The translations under genes and the position numbers were made by a program. The notes below the pieces were generated by a model. That model was not told the origin of the DNA, ran no database searches, and worked only from the letters and a program-made list of their open reading frames with translations. Shown one piece after another: positions 8,978 to 19,692 of a DNA stretch of 64,000 bases. The DNA is taken from assembly GCA_963834385.1 (NCBI GenBank), contig CAWIBO010000002.1:1184001-1248000 (forward strand). The letters are read 5' to 3'. The stretch comes from an uncultured Verrucomicrobiae bacterium. Its GTDB lineage: Bacteria; Verrucomicrobiota; Verrucomicrobiia; Chthoniobacterales; UBA10450. How positions within the stretch are numbered: the first letter of the stretch is position 1; each line of letters begins with the position of its first letter.

Positions 8978-10108
8978 TCACCGCGCCGGCGTTGTCGCCC
9001 CAAAATACTTCGTCTCCAGCTCATCGAAGTATCCCTGTTCGCGCAGGGCGAGAATGGCGCGGCTGATCCGTTTCCGGTAGGGGCTGTTCTGCGGCAGGAC
9101 CACGCCGTAGCTCTGTTTCTCAAATAACTCACCGACCACGCCGAGTTTCGCGTCGGGATTGTTCCGCGCGTAATACCGCAGCATCGGCGCGTCGTAGACC
9201 ACCGCTTTCACTTCATCCTTCTCCAGGGCGCGCGCGGCCGCATCGACATCAGGGAAGCCCTTCACATTCAACCCCTGTTTCTCCAGGAATGCCGCCGCCG
9301 TGCTCGCGTTCACCGTTCCCACCGGGAACTTTCTCGTCTTCAAATCGGCGATGCTCTGGATGTCGCTGTTCAGGGTGTCGACCGTCATCGCGCTGGTGAT
9401 GGTGGCGGTGATGTAGGTAAAAAGCGCCGCGCCGGCCAGCATCCAGATGATCGCGGTCAGCCGCCCCGCCACCCCGAGCGGAGCCTTGTTCTCGCAACCG
9501 CCCGTGATGATGGTGCAGATCGACCACCAAAGCGCTTCCCAGACGCCGGCGACATATCCTTCCGGAAACGATTCCGCGTTCCGTTTCCGTTCCAGCAGCC
9601 AGATGATGTGCGAATTGAGCAGCAGGACCACGAGCAAACCGATGATCAGCCAGACAATGTCGCCCTTGAACAGGTTGCCCAGCAGCTTCACGAAGGAGCT
9701 GCCCGGTTCGTCGCGGGTCAGGATTTGCAGGCCCGACTCCTTGAAGGGATAGCTGAAATCGACCGTTTCCTCCCGCTCGGAGGTGATGCTGACCGCGGCC
9801 ATGCCGACCTGCGCGCCACTGCCACGGACGTCGTCCAGCATCTGTTGCACGTTCTCCACCACCTTGTAGCCGGCGTCGGGATCAAACGGCAGCTTTGCTT
9901 CCCGGACGATGCGTTCCCACAGCTCGATGCTGTAACCGGTGAGCCGGCCATTCTTCTCGAAGACGAACGGCGTGATCTTGCGGGTGACCACCGTGATCGA
10001 CTCGGACGGCGTCGGCGTTGGCTCAGGCTGCGCCGACAGGGCGCCGGGCAGCAGAATCACGGTTGAAAGAGCGAGGAAAACCAGCCGGCGGAACGTGTTT
10101 GTGAACAT
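8978..10108 (-). CDS. Ligand-gated ion channel, GluR0-like (split SBP family 3 domain with TM1-pore loop-TM2)
   Basis: Signal peptide; PFVF..GYSIELW, SITSEREETVDFSYP; TM-IWLLER..WWSICT pore helix-P.GVAGR-TM; AVVYDAPML..YG C-lobe. Confidence 0.85.
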   Translation of the reverse strand: MFTNTFRRLVFLALSTVILLPGALSAQPEPTPTPSESITVVTRKITPFVFEKNGRLTGYSIELWERIVREAKLPFDPDAGYKVVENVQQMLDDVRGSGAQVGMAAVSITSEREETVDFSYPFKESGLQILTRDEPGSSFVKLLGNLFKGDIVWLIIGLLVVLLLNSHIIWLLERKRNAESFPEGYVAGVWEALWWSICTIITGGCENKAPLGVAGRLTAIIWMLAGAALFTYITATITSAMTVDTLNSDIQSIADLKTRKFPVGTVNASTAAAFLEKQGLNVKGFPDVDAAARALEKDEVKAVVYDAPMLRYYARNNPDAKLGVVGELFEKQSYGVVLPQNSPYRKRISRAILALREQGYFDELETKYFGATTPAR

Positions 10109-10174
10109 GAGAGGACTGGAGGCAAGAGGGAATCCGCGATCCCGTCAAGCCGATTGCCGTTTTCTGAAAAGCGG

Positions 10175-10590
10175 AGAACAGGAGGGAAACGAATTAGGAA
10201 ACCAGGAAAGCAGGAAGGGAATGGCGAACGGAATGCGGTCTTACCGCCATTCACGATTCACAACTCACCATTCACGTTCCCTCGACTCCTGCTCCCCCTC
10301 CTACTCGTGATCTTAATCGTGCTCGTAATCGCTCCCCTGCTTTCGCGAAAAAGCTGAAACAGGGAGAAGACGAATTAGGAAACCAGGAAGGCAGGAAGGG
10401 GAAGAAGCCGTGATCGGTGCTCCGTGATCTGAACCCCGAACCCTGATAACCAATAACGAATAGCGAATACCGCGTTCGTTCCAATCCCACCATCACGATT
10501 CACAACTCACCATTCACGTTCCCTCCGAACCCGAACCCTGAACCCTGAACCCGAACCCCGCCCCACCGCTCACCGCTCACCGCTCACCGA
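10175..10590. repeat. Modular mosaic repeat array C
   Basis: Same modules; internal exact 33-bp repeat TCACGATTCACAACTCACCATTCACGTTCCCTC (10251-10283, 10493-10525); ends in TCACCGC heptamers. Confidence 0.9.
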
Positions 10591-12163
10591 TCACCGCGCC
10601 GTAAACGCTCCATTCCCTTCCTCGAGATAAACCCGGCCGGCCACCTTGGTTACTCGCAGATACTGCCGCCAGGTTCCGCTCTCGAACCGACGCGTTCTTT
10701 CCCTCGTCTCGGTCTCGGCTGGCGGCGCCTTGCCCCCTTCGCGCAGGGCCTCGTGCAGGACCCGGCCATCCATCGCGGCTGGCGGCTCGATTCCGAGCAG
10801 GTGCAAGATCGTCGGGGCGAGATCGGCATTCCCGCTCGGCGTGGCGCTGTCGAGTCCGCGCGCGAAATCCGGCCCGGCCGCGACCAGCACATTGCGCACA
10901 TCGAAACGGGAGAGGGAGGCGTGCGTTCCCTTCCCGACGCCCCGGGCGGCATCAGCCACCAGTTCCCCTTGCACGCCGTGCCGGTTGGCGCCTGCCGCCC
11001 AGCGCATCGAGACGATCACGTCCGGCCCTTCCGCCGTGGCCAGGCCGGCGGCGGCCAGCGGAAAGGTTCCCTCCATCTCTTCACGGGTGAGAATGACGCC
11101 GGCAAAATCGGATTGCTGCAGCCAACTGACCAGGCGCGCGATTGTCGCCCGGTCGCGCCCGGTCACGTAAAAGAGAGAGGAACCGCCGTTGCCCACGATC
11201 ATGACCTGGCCCGGCACCGGCTTCTCCGGCAGCGCGTCCGGCGCGTCGAACCCGGCCGCCCGGAGCAGTTTCGGAACGTTCACCGCGCGCGTGATCGTGG
11301 AAAAACCGTGGTCGGAGACCACCATGATGTTGGTTTTCTCCAGTAGCTTCTTCTCCCGGAGAACGTCGCGGACCAGGGCAAGATTGGCGTCGGACTGCGC
11401 CACGGCCGCCAGGCTCGCGGGCGAGCCCGGCGCTTCCTCGTGCGCGGTCAGGTCGGGTTCGCTCAGCCAGAGAAGCGAAAAATCGGGCAGCCCGTCGCGC
11501 CAGAGCACCTCGAGTCAGCGCTCGCGCGGTGAATCGGTTCCGCGCTTCGTTCGTGTCCGCCATGCCGACAAGGAACGGACCGAGAAGTTTTTCGGCCAAT
11601 TCGCGCGCGGCGGCGGGCATGGGCGCGCCCGCGAACACTGTCACCCGGATGCCATTCGGCTTGGTCCAGCGCGCATGCGCCCATTCAGCCCGGCGATCGA
11701 ACAGGAAGGCGACGGACTTGCTTCCGGCCACGGCCGCAGTTCGTCCTTTTGCCTGCAGGATCTCCGGCAGGGTCGGGGCGGCCAGGTATTTGCCCCCGCT
11801 CAATTCGTCCCCCCGCCGGACTGTTTCCTCGTCCCCGGTATCAATCGGGCGCGTTGCCTCCAGGCGCGGACGGAACTCACGGTTGGCAATGAGGCCGCTA
11901 CGCCCCGGTTGCATTCCGGTGACGAGGGCCGCGCCGTTTACCTGCGTGGCCGTCGGATAAACCGCGTGATGACGCTGGAATCGGACGCCATCACGCGTCA
12001 TCTGCCAGAGCGTCGGCGTCAGCCGCGCGGTCACCGCTTCCGGCCGCAGACCGTCCATGACCACGAGCACGAAATGGCGTTCTGCCGGGAGCGTTTCGCC
12101 GGCCGGCGCCATTCCCATGCTCAGGGCGAAAAGCACCAGGGTCGGGAGGAAACGCGCGCGCAT
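10591..12163 (-). CDS. Alkaline phosphatase superfamily nucleotide pyrophosphatase/phosphodiesterase (frameshift near 11510)
   Basis: N-half VMDGLRP, YPTATQVN..TG in ORF 11081-12163; C-half EPDLTAH, VVSDHG, GTHASL, NADLAPT in ORF 10591-11508. Confidence 0.85.
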
Positions 12164-12288
12164 GCCTGGGAAGAGTGACGCGGAAATCGCGGGTGGCGCA
12201 AGCCTGCCCCCGGGGCTTCCGATGGTTTGCGCTGGTCACCGCGCCCCGCGTGGGCTTGCATGCAGGGCGGCGCGCGGCGCCGCGCACC

Positions 12289-13095
12289 ATGAAAACCGAG
12301 GGCATTGTCGAAGTTAAACAGGGCGCCAGGATCAACCTGAAAGAGATTGATCCGGCCGCGAAAGCGGCCGCTTCCAAGGACGCCGCCTGCAACCGCCTGA
12401 AGAAGCTGCAGGAACGTTTCGCCGATCTGCAGGTGACCTTCTTCGCCGAGCATCAGCGCAGTTTTCTCCTCGTCCTCCAGGCCATGGACACCGGCGGCAA
12501 GGATGGCGCGGTCAAAGCCATCTGCCATGGCATCGATCCGAACGGCATTCGCCTCTCCAACTTCAAATACCCGAGCCCAGAGGAATGGGACCATGATTTT
12601 CTCTGGCGGGTGCACAAGGTCACCCCGGCGAAAGGCATGATCGCGATCTGGAACCGCTCACATTACGAGGATGTGCTCGTGCCGCGCGTGCATGACCAGA
12701 TCAAGGAGGAGGTCTGGCGCAAACGTTGCGAGGATATCGTCGCCTTCGAGCGTTTGCTCCGGCATAACGGGACCACCATCCTGAAGTTCTTTCTGCACAT
12801 CTCGAAAGAGGAACAGAAAGAGCGTTTGCAGGCGCGGCTCGATAAACCGGACAAGCACTGGAAATTCAATCCGGGTGACCTCAAGGAGCGCGCCCTCTGG
12901 GACCGTTACATGGAGGTGAACGCCGAGGTCATGGCCGCCACCAGCACCCCCGGGGCTCCCTGGCGCATCGTGCCGGCCAACCGAAAATGGTCCCGCGACC
13001 TTTTCCTGCTCGAGACCATCGTCGGCGCCATGGAAAAACTGCGGCCCCGTTTTCCCACCCCCGATTTCGATCCGGCAAAGATCAAGATCGTCTAG
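12289..13095 (+). CDS. ppk2: Polyphosphate kinase 2 family protein
   Basis: QAMDTGGKDG Walker A, FKYPSPEE..HDFLWR, WNRSHYEDVL, KFFLHISKEEQ, APWRIVPANRKW. Confidence 0.92.
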   Translation: MKTEGIVEVKQGARINLKEIDPAAKAAASKDAACNRLKKLQERFADLQVTFFAEHQRSFLLVLQAMDTGGKDGAVKAICHGIDPNGIRLSNFKYPSPEEWDHDFLWRVHKVTPAKGMIAIWNRSHYEDVLVPRVHDQIKEEVWRKRCEDIVAFERLLRHNGTTILKFFLHISKEEQKERLQARLDKPDKHWKFNPGDLKERALWDRYMEVNAEVMAATSTPGAPWRIVPANRKWSRDLFLLETIVGAMEKLRPRFPTPDFDPAKIKIV

Positions 13096-13808
13096 AGGAG
13101 CCGCCACTTCGGCGTGCCGTCCGGGCGCGCCTGCCAGAGCCGCACGCCGCCGAGGTAAGCCCGGCGGTTATCGCCTCGTTCCACTCCCTCCGGCAAACGC
13201 TTCAGCGCCTTGGAGAGACCGCCACCGAGTACCACGTAATCCGCGATGGTGGCGATCTTCAGCTGGCGCACGACCGCATGCACTTCCGCTTCCCATTCTT
13301 TCCGGGGCCGCGCGCTGAAGGCCTCGACCCCCAGCCGCGCTTCCAGCCGGTCGGCGCCGGGATAAGGCAGGTGGCCCAGCTCGAGGGGCAGAATCGTCTG
13401 GTCCCAGAGCAGGGCCGAGCCCAGCCCGGTTCCCAGCCCCAGGAAAAGCATCCGGCCCCCGTGATAACTGCCGAGGGCCTGGAGCGAGGCATCATTGATC
13501 ACGCGGACCGGCAGGCCGAGAGCCCGCGTGAAGTTGAACCCGATCCAGCCCGCGGCCAGGTGGGTCGGCTCGCGCAGGATGCGGCCTCCGCGAATCGCGG
13601 CGGGAAACCCAAGGGCGACGCGATCGTATTTCCAGTCGCGGGTGGCTTCGCGCAATGCGGGGGCAAGATCGCGCGGGCCGAAATGATCGCCGGAATCAAT
13701 CTTCCGCCGCCGCCGCGCCGAGATCATCAGCTTGATGTGGGTGCCGCCGATATCGACCACGAGGGTGCGCTCGGCGCCTTTCCCCTTCGTCCCGCTCTTC
13801 GCTTTCAA
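13092..13808 (-). CDS. ROK family sugar kinase, polyphosphate glucokinase-like
   Basis: VDIGGTHIK, INDASLQALG, LGLGTGLGSAL, ELGHL, VVLGGG; lacks the ROK Cys zinc motif, as in PpgK. Confidence 0.8.
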   Translation of the reverse strand: MKAKSGTKGKGAERTLVVDIGGTHIKLMISARRRRKIDSGDHFGPRDLAPALREATRDWKYDRVALGFPAAIRGGRILREPTHLAAGWIGFNFTRALGLPVRVINDASLQALGSYHGGRMLFLGLGTGLGSALLWDQTILPLELGHLPYPGADRLEARLGVEAFSARPRKEWEAEVHAVVRQLKIATIADYVVLGGGLSKALKRLPEGVERGDNRRAYLGGVRLWQARPDGTPKWRLL

Positions 13809-13815
13809 CCGCGGC

Positions 13816-16003
13816 CTAGTCTCCGAATCCGACCCCGCGCGTGATCCGCTGCAGGATGCCGCCTTTATCCGGCTTGGCCGCGGTCACGGCCGGCCAGCAA
13901 TCGATGATCTCGAGGGCGAGGAAACGGAACAAAGTCAGGCGGGCAAACTTCAGGTCGAGCCGCAAATTCTTGGCGATCTGCTGCACGGAACGGGCCCCGT
14001 TAAACTGCGAGGCGAACTGGGCCTCAGCCACGGTCAGGCGCAGGTGTTGGACCCGGTCGAATCCGTCCCGCGTATAGGCCGGGATGCAGCCGGGATCGAT
14101 GGCCGGAGCGGTGCTGAGTTCCGGGTACTGGACAAAGCGGAGCACGTTCAGGCACCACTGGTCGATCTCACCTTCGCCGGGCTGGTCGCTCGCGTAATCC
14201 GGCAGCCGGTCGAGCAATTCAAAGACGAACCGGACCCGTTTCGTCGTCCAGAGCTGGGCAAAAAGTTTCTGGCCGTGATGCTGCACCAGTTGCTGGGCCG
14301 GGTCGCGCAGGATCAGGTCTTCCCGGGCCAGGGTGATGAACAGGGGCGCGCCGGTCTCCCTCTGCGCCTGCTTGGCCCACTCGGTCGCGGTCCCCGTCCA
14401 CGTTCACCAGGGTGATCGGCGCTTCCGGGCAGTAAATCTCCGGGTCGCGTGTCGTGACCAGGACCACCTTGCCCTGCTGCGCCAGGAGTTCGACCGGGCT
14501 CTTGTTCCAAAAACAGCGGAGCACGCCGGTCAGCTTCTCGCGCCCGATCGTCTGCAGCGCCCAGTGCAGCGAAAAGAAGGTGGTGTCGCCGCAAAAATAG
14601 GTCGCCTCGCTCGCTCCGCGGGTCGAGCCGGCCTCGTAGCTGACCGGCATCGGCGCTGTCTCCACCTGGTCGGTGATGTTCATGGCACTCTCGTCCGCCC
14701 CAAAAATGTTGCCCGTGGGCGCGTCGGCCATTGGCTCCGGCTCCCACATCGGGGGGGCGCTCTCCGGCTGCGGTTGAAAAGATCCTTCCTCCGCCGCCAC
14801 CGGGCTTTCCGCCTGGGGTTCCGGTGCCGGTTCCATCGCCGGTGTTTCCGGTTCCGCCGGGATCGGCTCGGGTTCGTTGGCAGGGAGATGCTTGGACACG
14901 GTGCTCAGGAGAAGGTCGGAGGTGAACGGCTTGCTCAGCGAACCGATTACGTTGCGGTTCACGAACTCGTCGGGTTTAAGGTCCGACCCAAATCCCGACA
15001 TGTAAAGGACCGGCACTTCCGCCGTGCGCCCATCCTCCAGCAGACGCTGGCTGACCTCGTTCCCCTTCATGTCCGGCAGCACGTAATCGAGCAGGATCAG
15101 GTCGGGCTTCTCCCGCGCGGCCGCGCGCAACCCTTCCTCCGCCGTCCCCGCCGAGAACACCTGGTAGCGCGCGTCGGTCAGGATTTCGCTCACGAAACTC
15201 AGCAGCATCATGCTGTCGTCCACCACCAGCACCTTGGGCGAGCCCGAGCTGGCCGGCCGCCTCGCTTTGGCCCGCGTGGCCGCGGCATCGGCGGTCTCGT
15301 CAATGTTTCGCACCGCTTCCATGAGCAGGACCTGCCAGTCGAGATTGATCGTCCGCGGGGGTTGCTCGCCCGAAAGCTCGGAGATCTTGCCCCCTTTCCA
15401 GTTCACGATCTCGTTAAAGGCGGCCAGCCCTTCCTTGCCGGGGGCGGTCGCGTGTCGCACCTGCCCGTTCTCGAAATAGACCCGCGCCTTTTCACCCTTT
15501 GGCCCGGTGAACTCGAGCGCCGAACTCGATCCCCCGATGCACTTGAGCTGGATGATGTCGGCGATGTGCAGGTCGCTCAGGGTCCCGGCGAATTTTTGTT
15601 CCTCGCCCTCGGCGGAGGCGAGCAGCGCCCCGGCCAGGTCCACGAAATCGCCATGCGGGAACGGCTTCTCCAGGTAATGAATCGCCCCCAGCCCGGAGAC
15701 CTGTTCCCGTTGCAGCTCGAAATGGCGCGCGGTCAGGATAATGGCGCGGGCGTTCGGGTGGCTCGTCCGCAGATCGTAAAGGAATTCCTGGCCGAGGTCG
15801 TAGGTGGCGTCGAGATCAAGCACGAACAGGTTCGGCTTCAAGCCCACCACCATGCTTTGCGCTTCCTCGAGGCTGTGCGCGACATGCACCTGCGCGCCCG
15901 CGGCCGCTTCCGCCACCGCCGAGGTGATTTCATTCCCAAGTTGCTCGTCAGGGGCCAGGACAAGCACCTGTCCGGCGTTGGGCGATGGATCGTTTTCGTT
16001 CAC
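13816..16003 (-). CDS. Multi-domain response regulator: REC-PATAN(DUF4388)-REC-Pro/Glu linker-PATAN-like (frameshift near 14390)
   Basis: Two receiver domains (LFVLD..KP; VVDD..LILLD..KP), FAGTLSDLHIADIIQL PATAN start, second domain LQTIGREKLTGVL; C-terminus continues in ORF 13816-14286. Confidence 0.75.
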
Positions 16004-16132
16004 GGCTGGCGGGTCTCGGCGCGGCCGTTCTTCGCCCGCGCTCCCCTGTAGAAATGCCCGCTTCCGGCGAAATGGAAAGGATTTTCTCAGGAAGCGTTCG
16101 GCTTCCGAACGCGCCTCCGCGTCGCCCCCCGC

Positions 16133-16252
16133 TTAACGGGTATGCACGCCGGCCGAGACCGCTTCCCCGCTGTCGGTCCGCACCGTGGTGGTGCATCCGA
16201 TGAAGGAAGCCAGGACGAGAACTGCACCGAGCGTGAGAAGAATGGTTTTCAT
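16133..16252 (-). CDS. Small putative lipoprotein (39 aa)
   Basis: MKTILLTLGAVLVLASFIG-C: basic N-region, hydrophobic core, lipobox-like Cys; AAAAGG just upstream. Confidence 0.65.
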   Translation of the reverse strand: MKTILLTLGAVLVLASFIGCTTTVRTDSGEAVSAGVHTR

Positions 16253-16328
16253 ATGCCTTTTAATCGCACGCGGCCCCTCCGCCGATCGTCTCCCGTTTTC
16301 CTGGGCCGGTCTTTCGGCCCGAACCGCC

Positions 16329-17730
16329 CTACCCCGGCCCGCCAAAAATCGACGACAACGCCCTTCGGCTCACTTTCCCCCGCTCGTTCGCCGGAATTCG
16401 GTCGACGAAGAAGATCCGTTTCGGCACCTGCCACCCGCTTAACCTCTCGCGGCAATGCGCCAGCAACGCCGCTTCATCCTGGTTCTTCGCCACCACGCAG
16501 GCCGCCACCTCTTCGTTGCGCACCGCCGAGGCCCGCCCGAACGCCACCGCCTCGCGCACCCCGGGAAACCGCAGCAACTCCGCCTCCACCTCCGCCGGGT
16601 TCACCTTCTTTCCCGCCACGTTGATCACGTCGGACACCCGCCCCACGATCCGGTAGGCCGTCTCCCCGTTTTTCCAGCAGGTCGCCCGGGACAAACACGC
16701 CTTCCCCGAGGTGCGCCGGGTCGGGCTCCGGATAGTAGCCCTCCGCCACGGCCGCGCTGCGCACCCGGATTTGCGACGTCGTTGCTCCTCCGTCGGCCAG
16801 CTCGATGGTCACGCCTTCCAGGGGCGTCCCAACGAATCCGTCCGCCGGATTCGTTCCGTCGCGGTCATAACAGATCCCGCCGCACTCCGACGACCCGTAG
16901 AAGGAATGAATCGGCTGCCCAAACCGCTCAAGAAAAGCGTGCGCCAGTCTCGCCGTCAGGGGTGCACCGGCCGACAAACAAAGGCGCAGGTGCGGCAGCG
17001 GCGGGACGTTCTCCATCTCGCAGAACGGCTGGAAGAAAACCGGCATGCCGGGAAAAACGGTCGCGCCGCTCGCCGCGAGGTCGTCCAGGACCGCGCGCGG
17101 CATCCGATCCCGGCTCAGGACCAGCGGCACCCCGCGAAACAGCAGCGGGGTGAGCAGGTTCGAGAACCCGTAGGAATGCGAGACCGGGATCACTCCGAAG
17201 TTCCGGTCCTGCGCCGTGATCCCCATGGTCGCGCAGATCTGGTCGCAATCCGCCAGGAGCTGGCGGCCGCGAAACCGAATCGCGCGCGGGGCCGCCGTCG
17301 TCCCGGAGGTCAGTTTCAGGAGCGCCGGCGCTTCTCCCTCCCACGGCGGCGGGGCGTTGCCGCCGGGGCAGGGGGCAAACTGCAGATCGTCCGGGCCGGT
17401 GACAATCAGCGCGACGCCACAGGCGGCGCAGGCCCGGTCCCGTTCCGCCGGGGAAACGGTCTGCTCGAGCGGCAGCACCACCAAACCCTTTCGCCAGCAG
17501 GCGAGCAGGAGCGCCGGCCAGGCCGGATGGTTCCCGGTCTGGATCGCCACCACGCTCCCGGGCGGCCCCGCCTTTTCCAGGCGCGAACCGAGCGCGCGCG
17601 CTTCCTCTTCCACCGCGGAAAAGGTGCGCGCAACAGCCCCGCGCCGGTCGAACACGGCCGGGCTATCTCCCTGGCGCCCAAGCGTTTCCGCCCAGCGCTC
17701 CAGGCACGGGCCGGCGGCGGACCCGGTCAC
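16329..17730 (-). CDS. AMP-dependent acyl-CoA synthetase/ligase (frameshift near 16660)
   Basis: [30 protein letters not shown] in first frame; [20 protein letters not shown] and N..GK in second frame. Confidence 0.85.
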
Positions 17731-17777
17731 TTGCGGGAAGGCGTTTCCGCGCCTATAGTCGCAATCCGTTTCCGACC

Positions 17778-18008
17778 ATGAAAGCCGATATCCATCCCGA
17801 TTATCACGTGACCGACATTTCCTGCGCTTGCGGCGCGGTTTATCATACCCGCTCGACGCGGCGTGACATTAAAATCGGCATTTGCGCGGCCTGTCATCCG
17901 TTTTTTACCGGCGAACAGAAATTCGTCGACACCGCCGGTCGCGTGGAAAAATTCGCGCGCCGTTACGGCAGCACCAAGGCCTCGCGCGTCGGGGTCAAGA
18001 AATCCTAG
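17778..18008 (+). CDS. rpmE: 50S ribosomal protein L31 (zinc-binding type)
   Basis: [32 protein letters not shown]. Confidence 0.97.
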   Translation: MKADIHPDYHVTDISCACGAVYHTRSTRRDIKIGICAACHPFFTGEQKFVDTAGRVEKFARRYGSTKASRVGVKKS

Positions 18009-18093
18009 CTTCTTCAGCATGAACACGGCGGTCTTCGGGCCGCCGTTTTGCTTGTACCCGACCCGCTCTTGCCCGACACCTCTCTTTTCCTAA

Positions 18094-19173
18094 ATGGACC
18101 TTGCCCCGCTTATTGACCGTAAACGCAGTCGCTTCGACGAACTCGAACGCGAGATCGCCGATCCCGCGCTTTTCGAGAACCGGAAACGCGCCAGCGAGAT
18201 CATGCGCGAGCACTCCGGGATCAAGCAGCTTCTCGCCCGCTGGGGCGAACTCGAGACCTCCCGGCGGCAGCTCGAGGACAACCGCGAACTCTCCACCGCA
18301 GCCGACGCCGACCTGGCCCTGATGGCGCAGGAGGAAATTCCGGCGCTCGAGAAACGCGTGGCCGACCTCGAGCGCGCGGTCCTCATCGATCTGCTGCCGT
18401 CCGATGAATCGGAGGAGCGCGATGCCATTGTCGAGATTCGCGCCGGCACCGGCGGGAGCGAAGCGGCCATTTTCGCCGCCGACCTTTACCGGATGTACAA
18501 CCGGTTCGCCGAAACGCGCGGGCTCAAGATCGAGGACCTCGATTCCAGTCCCTCGGAGTTGGGCGGCCTGAAGGAATCGATCTTCCGTGTCTCGGGCGAG
18601 GCGGTTTTCCGGCTGCTCCGTTACGAGAGCGGGGTTCACCGCGTCCAGCGCGTCCCGGCGACCGAGGCCCAGGGCCGGATTCACACTTCCACCGCCACCG
18701 TGGCCGTTCTGCCCGAGGCCGAGGAAGTCGATCTCGAGCTGAAACCGGACGAACTTCGGATCGAGGTTTGCCGCGCCGGCGGCCCGGGCGGGCAGGGGGT
18801 CAACACCACCGATTCCGCCGTGCAGATTCTGCATATCCCGACCGGGCGGATCGTCCGTTGCCAGGACGGCCGGAGCCAGCAGAAGAACAAGGAGAAAGCG
18901 CTCGCCATCATGCGCGCCCGGCTGCTCGAGGACAAACGTCGCGAGGAAGAGGCGAAATATTCCGCGACCCGCAAAAACCAGATCGGCTCCGGCGGTCGCG
19001 AGGAAAAGATCCGCACCTACAACTTCCCGCAGAACCGCATCACCGATCACCGCATCGGCCTGACGCTCTATAATCTGGATCGCGTCATGGAAGGCAGCCT
19101 CGACGAATTGATCGCCTCCCTGCAAAGCGCCGACATCGAGGAACGCCTGAAAAACTCCGCCCTCTCTGTCTAA
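18094..19173 (+). CDS. prfA: Peptide chain release factor 1
   Basis: EIRAGTGG, ESGVHRVQRVPATE (PxT motif), GGQ, RTYNFPQNR. Confidence 0.97.
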   Translation: MDLAPLIDRKRSRFDELEREIADPALFENRKRASEIMREHSGIKQLLARWGELETSRRQLEDNRELSTAADADLALMAQEEIPALEKRVADLERAVLIDLLPSDESEERDAIVEIRAGTGGSEAAIFAADLYRMYNRFAETRGLKIEDLDSSPSELGGLKESIFRVSGEAVFRLLRYESGVHRVQRVPATEAQGRIHTSTATVAVLPEAEEVDLELKPDELRIEVCRAGGPGGQGVNTTDSAVQILHIPTGRIVRCQDGRSQQKNKEKALAIMRARLLEDKRREEEAKYSATRKNQIGSGGREEKIRTYNFPQNRITDHRIGLTLYNLDRVMEGSLDELIASLQSADIEERLKNSALSV

Positions 19174-19189
19174 CGCGCCGCAGCGCGTT

Positions 19190-19690
19190 GGAAGATGGAA
19201 GATGGAAGATGAAGGGAGGGACGCGCTTCCGCGTGTCCGATTCCAAAAACCGAAACAAGGAGAAAAACAAATTAGGAAACCAGGTTGAGACGAGGATGGA
19301 GAATAGCGAATGGAGGATAGCTTCCCCCTCCTACGCAGGAATCCTAATCGTGCTCCTAATCGCTCTGTTGACCTCCCGAAAAGCTGAAATAAGGAGAGAA
19401 TGAATTAGGAACCAAGGAAAGCAGGATGGGACGAGGATCGAGGGTGGAAAATGGAGGATCGCTCCCCTTAACACTTAAGACTTAACACTTAACACACGCC
19501 TCCCCAGTTACTGATTCCTCTTTTCCTGATTAAAGACTTCCCGGTTTCCTGGCTTCCAAATTAGTCCATTCGAGAAATCGAGATTCGAAAATCCCTTTCC
19601 TGCTTTCCTCCTTTCCTAATTAGATTCCTTTTCCTGGTTTCCTGGTTGTCCCAATCGAAAATCGAGATTCAAAAATCGAAAATTCCCCTC
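19190..19690. repeat. Modular mosaic repeat array D
   Basis: GGAAGAT x3, GGAG-hairpin, AATTAGGAA modules (19270, 19403), TAATCGTGCTCCTAATCG, TTAACAC, inverse TTCCTG tracts, AAATCGA heptamers. Confidence 0.9.
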
Positions 19691-19692
19691 CT

